From NCBI GenBank assembly GCA_048571215.1, contig CP182352.1, positions 3,392,001 to 3,456,000 on the forward strand: a stretch of 64,000 nt of DNA. Direction: 5' to 3'. A model generated the notes under the pieces. It worked only from the letters and a program-made list of their open reading frames with translations. It had not been told where the DNA came from and ran no database searches. A program made the position numbers and the translations under genes. Positions 11,201-19,596 of the stretch are shown here, piece after piece. Origin of the DNA: Halarcobacter sp. GTDB taxonomy: Bacteria > Campylobacterota > Campylobacteria > Campylobacterales > Arcobacteraceae. Positions within the stretch are counted from its first letter, which is position 1, and every line of letters starts with the position of its first letter.

Positions 11201-12239
11201 TATCAACTGAAGCTATGGTATTATCTGCAATAGTCCAAGTAACATTTGAAGATAAATCTAATGAAGTCTCGTCACTGTAATATCCAGTAGCAACTATATT
11301 TTCTGTTTCTCCGATAGTTAAGCTTAGTTCATTTGGAGTTAGTTCTATGGAGTTTAATACAGCTTGAACTGTTATTGAAACCTCTTTTGTACTTGTTTGT
11401 CCATCATTGTCTGTTACAGTTAATGTAATAGTATATTCCCCTTGGGTATTAAATACATATGAGAATGTTTTTTCAGATGCTAATATATTAGAATTTTGAT
11501 CAGTCCAAAGATAGCTTACTATCTCCCCATCTTCATCCCTTGATAAGCTTGCATCAAAGCTAATTGATTCTCCAATTAAAATAGTAGTTGCACTTACTTG
11601 AAAATCTGCAATAGGTTTTATATAATCTATAACTTCAATATCAACAGTTGAAGATGAACTTAATCCATCATCATCTGTTACAGTTAATGTAATAGTATGT
11701 ATTCCAATACTTGTAAAAGTATAATCAAATATTTGATTACTGCTTAATATATCTCCATTATTATCTGTCCAACTATATGAGACAATATTACCATCACTAT
11801 CTGACGATGAAGAAGCATCAAAGGTTATTGAATCATTTATTTTTATCTTTGTATTATTTGTTTGTATTATTGCTTGAGGTGGTGTGTCGTTTGAAGTTTG
11901 GGGTTTTACTAAAATTTCAATTGTATCACTAGATTTTAAAGGAGAAATATAACCTCCTTTTTCTGTAGTTGTTAATTCAAAAATAAGTTTGGTGTCTTTT
12001 TTCACTACAGGAGCTATAAAACTTGCATTTATTGTGTTTTTATTTAAAAGTTTTACTTTTTTACCAAAAACTTGTTTCCATTTATATTTTTCTATTTTCC
12101 CACCAACTTCAGTGGTACTCAAACTTCCATTTAACACTACAGGTGAAGAAGATTCAACCACTTTATCTTTACCTGCATCTGCACATCCTGTAAAAAGTAT
12201 TGCAAATAAAAGCATCAAACTAAAATACAAAGATTTCAT
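5202..12239 (-). CDS. Teneurin-like RHS/YD-repeat lipoprotein toxin (PKD, Ig-like, NHL, YD shell, RHS core, C-terminal toxin)
   Basis: Lipobox LFTGC; two PKD domains (FDASxSxDxDGxIVSYxW...TLTVTDDDG); Ig-like repeats; NHL repeats (GYSGDGGLA); YD repeats; RHS core GYRDYD...[28 protein letters not shown]; 121-aa tip. Confidence 0.92.
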   Translation of the reverse strand: [2345 protein letters not shown]

Positions 12240-12462
12240 GAGTATCCTTAGATAATAAATATAGAGTTTTATTATTACTATATAATCTTTTATATTTCCT
12301 TAAATTCATTATAAAATTAATATTTAACACTAATTTTGAAAATTAATTTGTAGTGGGAATAGATTTTCTTGTCTAATGGGTTTTAAAAATGTAACTAATA
12401 GTTTAATTAAAAATTAAGAAATAATTAATAATAATATTATAAATTTAAAAAAGGAGAATAGT

Positions 12463-12684
12463 ATGCCAAAAGAGACAAAAGAAGTAAGTGAAACAATTGT
12501 AATTAACAATGGAAATGAAGAGGTTTTTGAGTTTTTAGGCAATGTGATTCAAGAAGCACAAGCAACAGGTAGTATTGTACAAATTATTACGATATATCCT
12601 TCAGTTGATAATTTAGATGATTCTGGTGATGTAATAAAAGGTTGTAAACCAAAAGCTGACCATTGCCCTAAAGGTGCTTATTGA
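12463..12684 (+). CDS. Putative RiPP precursor peptide
   Basis: 73 aa with strong AAGGAGA RBS; acidic leader-like region and C-terminal GCKPKADHCPKGAY; ends 6 bp before a rSAM/SPASM gene. Confidence 0.7.
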   Translation: MPKETKEVSETIVINNGNEEVFEFLGNVIQEAQATGSIVQIITIYPSVDNLDDSGDVIKGCKPKADHCPKGAY

Positions 12685-12690
12685 TATATA

Positions 12691-13920
12691 ATGAGAATAA
12701 AAAATCATATAAAAGTTCTTAAGGGTAAGAATCGTTTTGCAGTTTATAATCTAAAAAATGGAACCTGCGAACCTGCAACTAAAATAGAGATTGAATTGCT
12801 TAGATTAATCTCTATAAGGAAAACCCTTACCCCTAAGAAAGCTAATATCAAAAATTTATGGTTTCACTTATCTTCTATGAGAAAAAAAGGTTGGTTAGAA
12901 GCTGGAAAAGCTCAAGTTTATCTTCTTGATTTAGAGATTAAAAAAATAGATAATTCCAATAATAAAACTTTTGAAAGAGTTTGGATTGAACCCACTTTAT
13001 CTTGTAACTTCTCTTGTAATCACTGTTATGCAATGTCCAATAATAAAGTAAATCGTGATAATGAATTAGATGAAAATCAATGGATAAACATCTTACAAAA
13101 AGTTTTAGTTTATGATATAAAGTATATTACCTTTATTGGTGGAGAACCAATGATTAGAAAAGATTTAATAAAATCTTTAGTGATATATATAAAAGAAAAT
13201 TCTCCTAATATTAAAGTTGGCATTTTTTCTAATTTATACAACATAATAGATGCTGATATTCAATTTATAATTGAGCATAATTTAGGTGTATCTACTTCTT
13301 TATATGGAATAGAAGCTAATGAACATGATAAAATGACTAACAAAGTTGGTTCCTGGGTTCGAACAGTAGAAGTGATTAAAAAACTGACAAAAAATAATAT
13401 AAATGTATTTGTTGGTTACTTTAAAAACAATAAAGAAATCACAAACTTAACTATCAAGTCATTTCTCAACAGTTTAGGAGTTACATCTTTTGATATCCAA
13501 AATCATCATAATGTAGGAAGAGCTATACAAAAAGCGCCTATAAAAGTTTCAAAAGACAATATATTGCCTTTAAAAATGTCATTTAATCCTAACACTATTT
13601 CAAAGTATAGTAGTGAACATAATTGTTTTTCTAATCATATATCAATATCTTCAAATGGAGATGTAATGGGTTGTATTATGATGAGAAAGCCTGAATATGG
13701 AAACTTACTTAGTGATTCACTTGACAAAATATTAAGTAGTAAAAATTATATTCAACTTTCAAAATTAACAAAAGATAAAATAGAAGGTTGCTCTGAATGC
13801 GAATTTAGATATGGATGTTTTGACTGTAGAGCAGGTGCAATGAGTGACTCTAATAATCTTTTTAAAAAACCAGATTGTGGCTATGATCCAAGATTAGTAT
13901 TAAGTTTTGAAAATGACTAA
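12691..13920 (+). CDS. Radical SAM/SPASM-domain peptide maturase
   Basis: CNFSCNHC (CxxxCxxC), IGGEP, SPASM cysteines C...GDVMGC...CSECEFRYGCFDCR...C; ~90-aa N-terminal extension (possible RRE). Confidence 0.92.
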   Translation: MRIKNHIKVLKGKNRFAVYNLKNGTCEPATKIEIELLRLISIRKTLTPKKANIKNLWFHLSSMRKKGWLEAGKAQVYLLDLEIKKIDNSNNKTFERVWIEPTLSCNFSCNHCYAMSNNKVNRDNELDENQWINILQKVLVYDIKYITFIGGEPMIRKDLIKSLVIYIKENSPNIKVGIFSNLYNIIDADIQFIIEHNLGVSTSLYGIEANEHDKMTNKVGSWVRTVEVIKKLTKNNINVFVGYFKNNKEITNLTIKSFLNSLGVTSFDIQNHHNVGRAIQKAPIKVSKDNILPLKMSFNPNTISKYSSEHNCFSNHISISSNGDVMGCIMMRKPEYGNLLSDSLDKILSSKNYIQLSKLTKDKIEGCSECEFRYGCFDCRAGAMSDSNNLFKKPDCGYDPRLVLSFEND

Positions 13921-14584
13921 TGAAACTTTTTTAAATATAATGTTTGAAGTTGAAACAAAAGGTTTCTGTGATTTAGGGGTTATTAAAAATTTTGATTTAT
14001 TAAAATTTGCATATAAAATTGGCAAACCAATTCCAATCTTACCAGATGAACCTAAATTAGGTTTAGTAGGTGCAAGAAGTCTTTCATCAAATCTTTCTAG
14101 TAATGAATACGCAACAATTTATAAAGAAAATATACCTTTTCATACTGATGCAGCCTATTATAAAATTCCCCCAAAGTATTTAATACTTAGATTAAAGAAA
14201 ACATCTTTGTCTAATCGCAATACGACTGTAAAAAAATTGTTTACAAATCTCTCTCAAGAGATAGTTGATATTTTAAGCAAATCTCTTTGGAAAGTTAGAA
14301 GTCCAAATGGTAGATATTTTATAGGAAAAATTATTGAAAGAAGAAATAATGATTTTTTTATTAGATATGATTCAAATTCAATGGTACCTTATTTCAAAAA
14401 AAATCAATATTCAAGGGAAGTATTAGAAGGAGTATTAGATAAGATACAAACTTTTGAGATAACTTGGGAGCCTGAAAAAATTGTTATATTAAATAATTGG
14501 AAAGTACTTCATGGTAACAGCAAAGTTATAAATGATATTGACTCTTCGAATAGAATTTTAGAAAGAGTTTTGGTTGAAGTTTGA
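13913..14584 (+). CDS. TauD/TfdA-family Fe(II)/2-oxoglutarate dioxygenase
   Basis: PFHTDAAYY (HxD), LNNWKVLHG (distal His), RILER; ATG at 13913 overlaps the rSAM stop (ATGACTAA). Confidence 0.8.
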   Translation: MTNETFLNIMFEVETKGFCDLGVIKNFDLLKFAYKIGKPIPILPDEPKLGLVGARSLSSNLSSNEYATIYKENIPFHTDAAYYKIPPKYLILRLKKTSLSNRNTTVKKLFTNLSQEIVDILSKSLWKVRSPNGRYFIGKIIERRNNDFFIRYDSNSMVPYFKKNQYSREVLEGVLDKIQTFEITWEPEKIVILNNWKVLHGNSKVINDIDSSNRILERVLVEV

Positions 14585-14805
14585 AATTTCTAATTATAAA
14601 TATAAAGTTAAATTTTTAAAAGTTCTTTTTTTTTATTATATTACTAATTAAATAATATTTAGACTGTTATAATTTTAGAATATAAGATATAAAATCTAAT
14701 CATTCTAAACACTATTTGTTAAATATAATGCATTATCTTTAAAAATAAATGACAAATATTCTCATCTTTAAACCAAAGTATAAACAATTGATAATACTAA
14801 ATTAT

Positions 14806-17673
14806 TTATACTTTTTTGATATAAGAAATTAATATATCACGTACTTTAGGGTCTACATGGTTATTTTCAATCAAGTTTTTTATACTACGGTGATATTGTT
14901 TATCAATTTCATAGTATTTTTTGATGCGTAGTGGGTCTTGAATTAAAAAAGTATTGGATATCAAAAAATCTAGAATATTATGTTTTTTATTTAGGAATTT
15001 AGGTGTTATAGTAATATTTTCCATAAGTTTCGCTTCAAAAGCTACACCATTAAAAAAGTTTCTACAAAATTTTTGAAAGTCTTCTTCAAAGGCTTTTAGT
15101 TTATCTTGGAAACTTGATTCTTGATTATCTATATAATGTTGAATTGTATCAAGCGTACAGCTATCTAAATCAAAGTTTTCTTTGCTAATACTACAATTTT
15201 GAATTTCAATGTCTACAAATAAGCTGTGATAAAAAATTGTGTTTTCAAACTTACATTTACTAAAAGAATTATATTCATGGAATTCAGAACTCCAAATTTG
15301 GATATTAGAAAAGTCTAGCGGATAAAACTCACCCCAAATGTAGAAGTGTTTTATTTCACTGTTAGAATATAAACTTTTTACAATTTCTATTCTTTTATCT
15401 TTTGACAAATTTGTACCATGTATTTTTTGCGTGAAGTAAAGTAAAGTACTAATTGTATGTTTCAACTTTAAAAGATTTTTATCTTCTTTATTAATTTCTA
15501 GAATAATTAAATTAATAACTCTTTTCGTATTTTTAATACACAAAGGAATATTTTTGGAAAAGTACTTTATACACTCATTTAAAACTATATGACTACCATC
15601 ATAGTATTTAGATAAGTCATTGATTATTTGCTTATCAAGTAGTTTAATCTCATCACTCGAAAAATAATCAATAATTGCTAATGTCTTGAAATAGTTACCT
15701 AAAAAATCATATTTAAAATATAAGACCTCTAATGAATTGTTGACTTTTACTAAAGGATTCAATAAAATCTTTTTATAAATTTCATTTGTATCATTCCCAT
15801 CAAAGGATATTTCAATTAAATCTTTTAAATTATCAAATGAAAGTTTATCTCCATATGACATTACTAGTTCTTTAAAGAATGCAACAAATTTAGTTACTGG
15901 TATATTAAATTGTTGTCTTTTTATTTCTCTTTTTAATATAGCATGTATTAAATAATCTATGGGTTCACAGTTACTTGGGTAGTCACTATTGATTGAATCA
16001 ATAATAAATGAATTTTTTTCAACTTTTATTTCTTCTTCAACTATTTCAGATATTAAATCGAGAAAGAAAGGAAGTAAAACTTTTTCACTATTATCAGATA
16101 TCGTTAGCAAAGATGTTATGTATTTATTTATTTTTTTTAAGTAAACATCTGTATTTGGGTATTTAGAAAATCTTTTTTCAATATACTTATTCCAAATATC
16201 TTCTTCAAATCCTTTGAGATAAAAGATTTCTGTTTCATCGTTTTCTTTTAAATAGGCATAGTTTTCTAAAATATTAAGTCTAGAAGTAATCATAATTTTT
16301 GTTTTCCCCAATTGCATATTTAATTCATAAAGGGAGTTTAAAAATTCTTTTACATTAAAGTTCTCGTGAAATAATGTAATGATTTCATCAAGTCCATCAA
16401 TTATGACTATGATTTTGCCAGAAATGATTCCTAATTCGAATTGTTTTTGCGTTAATAGAGACTTATTTGTAATTAAAATTTTTTCATAAATGTCATAAAG
16501 TTCATATAGATTTTTAATTTCAAAGTTTCTAATCGCATCCTTCTTGATATGATTTCTTATGATATCTGATTGTATTAATAATGCTTTTTTCTCATTATAA
16601 TCATTTATTTCATTTGTTAATACCTGTGATAATGTACTTTTCCCCATCCCACCTGCTGCAAATAGCATTAAAGTAGAATGTATTGTATTATCAGATAAGA
16701 ATTTATCTTTAATAAGAGGTAAGGATAATTCTAAGGTTCTTTTATCCCCCATTTCATCTTCTTGGTACACTCTTTGATCTATAAAGAACTCTTCTTCTAT
16801 AATTTTATTTTCATTTTTCCAATCTTGGTCAATACACTCATCCCAAATAAATTGTTCAATTGTAAATTCTGCAATATTAATATTTATGTCATGAGCTTGA
16901 AATATTTTATAGATATAATCTTTTTCACCTTGACTAGTTCTAAGGATTACAAGGTTTTTTGTAATTCTGTGTTTATTAATTCGTATAAATCTTTCAATTG
17001 TATCTCGTATAGTAATATTGTTGAATAACACTAGGATAAATGAATTTGAATTAAAGCTGGTGGTTTTCCAATACTCATATTTGATTCTATTTTTATCTTT
17101 AAAGTCTGTTACTCCATCAAGTTTTTCTCTTTTTTTAGCAATTATTGCCAAAATATCTTCTACTCTATCAAATTGAAAATAATTAACAGGTGTATTTTTT
17201 AATGATTTAGTTTTTGGAGGTCTTGATGAAGTTTGATTCATAGTATTTTTTATTTGTTTGATTAGGTAACTAAGGCTCTTGTTATATTTATCATCATTTT
17301 GAAAAGAAATAGATATTTTACCTTTTAAGTAATTTGGAGTGGAAATATACCTGTCTTCTCGCATAATTGCAAAGATATTACTTGTTTGTTTATTTTCCAT
17401 CTCTTCCCAGTGTCTGATAGTATTCATAAATGTTTCTATTCCAACTCCACCTAGTCGGTTATTCGCTTTATATGCATATTCTTTTGTACAAACTACTAAT
17501 ATTAAATCGCTTTCAAATATACCTTTTTCCATGAAATGATTTTTATCAATATTATGATTTAAATCGTATTGATCTAGTATGATGTGAAATTCACTATATG
17601 CTTCTAAATCATCTGCTAATTTTTTTACCCACTCTTGATTTTCCCAATTGTAACTTATAAAAATTTTATACAT
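14806..17673 (-). CDS. TIR/SEFIR-NACHT NTPase, probable anti-phage STAND protein
   Basis: N-terminal KIFISYNW...WVKKLADDL...GGVGIE (TIR/SEFIR); Walker A AAGGMGKST; Walker B IVIIDGLDE; ITSR sensor; pentapeptide-like tail. Confidence 0.85.
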   Translation of the reverse strand: MYKIFISYNWENQEWVKKLADDLEAYSEFHIILDQYDLNHNIDKNHFMEKGIFESDLILVVCTKEYAYKANNRLGGVGIETFMNTIRHWEEMENKQTSNIFAIMREDRYISTPNYLKGKISISFQNDDKYNKSLSYLIKQIKNTMNQTSSRPPKTKSLKNTPVNYFQFDRVEDILAIIAKKREKLDGVTDFKDKNRIKYEYWKTTSFNSNSFILVLFNNITIRDTIERFIRINKHRITKNLVILRTSQGEKDYIYKIFQAHDININIAEFTIEQFIWDECIDQDWKNENKIIEEEFFIDQRVYQEDEMGDKRTLELSLPLIKDKFLSDNTIHSTLMLFAAGGMGKSTLSQVLTNEINDYNEKKALLIQSDIIRNHIKKDAIRNFEIKNLYELYDIYEKILITNKSLLTQKQFELGIISGKIIVIIDGLDEIITLFHENFNVKEFLNSLYELNMQLGKTKIMITSRLNILENYAYLKENDETEIFYLKGFEEDIWNKYIEKRFSKYPNTDVYLKKINKYITSLLTISDNSEKVLLPFFLDLISEIVEEEIKVEKNSFIIDSINSDYPSNCEPIDYLIHAILKREIKRQQFNIPVTKFVAFFKELVMSYGDKLSFDNLKDLIEISFDGNDTNEIYKKILLNPLVKVNNSLEVLYFKYDFLGNYFKTLAIIDYFSSDEIKLLDKQIINDLSKYYDGSHIVLNECIKYFSKNIPLCIKNTKRVINLIILEINKEDKNLLKLKHTISTLLYFTQKIHGTNLSKDKRIEIVKSLYSNSEIKHFYIWGEFYPLDFSNIQIWSSEFHEYNSFSKCKFENTIFYHSLFVDIEIQNCSISKENFDLDSCTLDTIQHYIDNQESSFQDKLKAFEEDFQKFCRNFFNGVAFEAKLMENITITPKFLNKKHNILDFLISNTFLIQDPLRIKKYYEIDKQYHRSIKNLIENNHVDPKVRDILISYIKKV

Positions 17674-17949
17674 AATTACCCTAAATTATTTTTATTATAT
17701 ATTACAGTAAAAAAATATATAAAAAATTAAATCTATAACTATAAGTATTACAAAAAATTATTATTGAGTGATTTAGATACTATTTTATATAATATAAATT
17801 GTTTTTATTATAGCTTTAGATTTATTTTTATAAACTAGGAAATAACTGTTTTATTTAGCGTTATTATATTTTTGTATGAAAAGTATTTTAAGAGAAATAA
17901 AGTTATTTTAAAATATCATATATAATTAAATTAAATATAAAGGCATCAT

Positions 17950-19596
17950 GTGTCAAAAAGTATTGAAAATGTTGTAAAAATAGATATATCTCCTGAAATG
18001 TCAATTTATAACACATTAAAAAATCATTCTTATAGTTTGGGTGGCGCTTTATCTGAATATATTGACAACTCTTTACAGTCTTTTATTGATAATGAAAAAG
18101 AACTAAAAACAAAAAAATTAAAGATAACAATTACAATAGATGATAAAGATATTAATGATAGAAAAATTATTATTGAAGATAATGCAGGTGGAATAAGTCA
18201 TAAAAATTTAGATCGTGCTATGAAACCTGCATATAAGCCCGAAAAACAAAATCTTAATGAGTTTGGAATAGGTATGAAAGCAGCTTCTCTTTGGATAGGT
18301 AGAAAATGGACTTTATTTAATCACTATTTGCATAGAAAAAATAAAAGTGAATCTGAGAAAATTTTATTTGATCTTGATGAACTTATTGAAAATAATGAGA
18401 CTTTAGTTCCAATAAGTCCTATTGCAAGTAATGATAATAAAAATGGTGTTACTATTATTATAGAAAGATTAAATAGAGATTTCGATAAAGAACTAATTGA
18501 AGATGCCTTTTGTAGTTTAATAGAAAATTATCAATATTTTATTTATAGAAGTAAGATATTAGATTTAAATCTAGTCTCTACAAAGTACGATGATTTAAAG
18601 ATTACACCAGAAGAAGAGGTAGAAATTCCTAATGTTTTAAAATCACGTAAAATGATAACAAAAGGTACTAGTTCATATTGGGGAGGGAACGAAGTAAAAG
18701 AATGGAGGCAGGATGTAGATTTTTTCTTTAATGAAAAACGTGTTACAGGTTTTGTTATGTGTAGAGAACCATCTAACCAAAAAAATCCTGGACTAAAGTA
18801 TTTTAGGGAAAAACGTTTAATTCAAGGTACTTATAGAAATTGGAATAGACCAATATATTTACTTAAAACTCCAAATAAACATGATTCATTAAGGTTTTAT
18901 GCAGAATTACACCTTGATGGACAACCGATATCAAATAACAAAGATAAATTAGATATAAATGAAAAAAAATTTTTAGATACCTTAAAATCACAATCTGGAG
19001 TTGATGAGATTCTTGAACAAGCAAAAGATTATAGACCTAGATCAATAAAACAAGCAAATCAGTACGAAAAAGAGGGGGTTACTCCTAAATCAAGAGGTAA
19101 GGGAAATCAGAAAAATAGTACAGTAGGTTCTAAAGATAACATTAAATCACAAATAAAAGAAAAACAACCTATTAATTTATTAGATTTAATTATTAAAAGT
19201 ACTGAAAACTTAGTTACACAAAGCATTGCAAAAGAAGCAAAGAAATTGTATGGAACAAGTGATTTGGGTTTTTTACTTTGTTATCGAGCCATTATGGAAA
19301 AAGTAGTGCAAGAAAAAATAAAAGGATTAATTTCCAATGAGGAATTTAAAAAGAGTAATATTTCAGATAAATCAATTAATAAATTAATTACTTGGCTTAA
19401 TAACAATAAAAATAATTTACCTTTTGAGGGTGAGTGGCAATCTGTTAAACGAAATTTGCAACATTTTGATAAAGAAAAAGTTTTTGATGTTACAAATATT
19501 GTTATTCATGCTCATTATCACCCAACAACAAATGATGTTAATAACCTTTTAATTAATAGCCAGAAGCTTTTAGAGTGGGCATTATCTCAGGAATAG
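17950..19596 (+). CDS. MORC-like GHKL ATPase with C-terminal HEPN-like domain
   Basis: EYIDNS, DNAGGI and FGIGMKAA GHKL motifs; C-terminal helical region with CYRAIMEK...NIVIHAH. Confidence 0.75.
   Translation: MSKSIENVVKIDISPEMSIYNTLKNHSYSLGGALSEYIDNSLQSFIDNEKELKTKKLKITITIDDKDINDRKIIIEDNAGGISHKNLDRAMKPAYKPEKQNLNEFGIGMKAASLWIGRKWTLFNHYLHRKNKSESEKILFDLDELIENNETLVPISPIASNDNKNGVTIIIERLNRDFDKELIEDAFCSLIENYQYFIYRSKILDLNLVSTKYDDLKITPEEEVEIPNVLKSRKMITKGTSSYWGGNEVKEWRQDVDFFFNEKRVTGFVMCREPSNQKNPGLKYFREKRLIQGTYRNWNRPIYLLKTPNKHDSLRFYAELHLDGQPISNNKDKLDINEKKFLDTLKSQSGVDEILEQAKDYRPRSIKQANQYEKEGVTPKSRGKGNQKNSTVGSKDNIKSQIKEKQPINLLDLIIKSTENLVTQSIAKEAKKLYGTSDLGFLLCYRAIMEKVVQEKIKGLISNEEFKKSNISDKSINKLITWLNNNKNNLPFEGEWQSVKRNLQHFDKEKVFDVTNIVIHAHYHPTTNDVNNLLINSQKLLEWALSQE

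Noticed and set aside
8441..11700. Internal DNA repeats (8441/8611; 11410/11673)
   Set aside because: Explained by NHL and PKD domain repeats within the RHS gene.
5202..12239. D/E-x-N-x-S/T sequons in the RHS protein (DLNGS, DLNDS, DYNNS, ENNKS, EDNTS) as evidence it is the PglB substrate
   Set aside because: About what composition alone would give in a 2345-aa Asn/Asp/Thr-rich protein.
14660..14800. Possible left transposon end (single tataaacaattgataat)
   Set aside because: Only one weak site, no correctly spaced TGT, and neither predicted TSD (aatga, cctca) is present.
19531..19545. aatga-tgt matching the predicted TSD plus terminus
   Set aside because: Lies inside an intact CDS and is not followed by TGATAAT sites; chance match.
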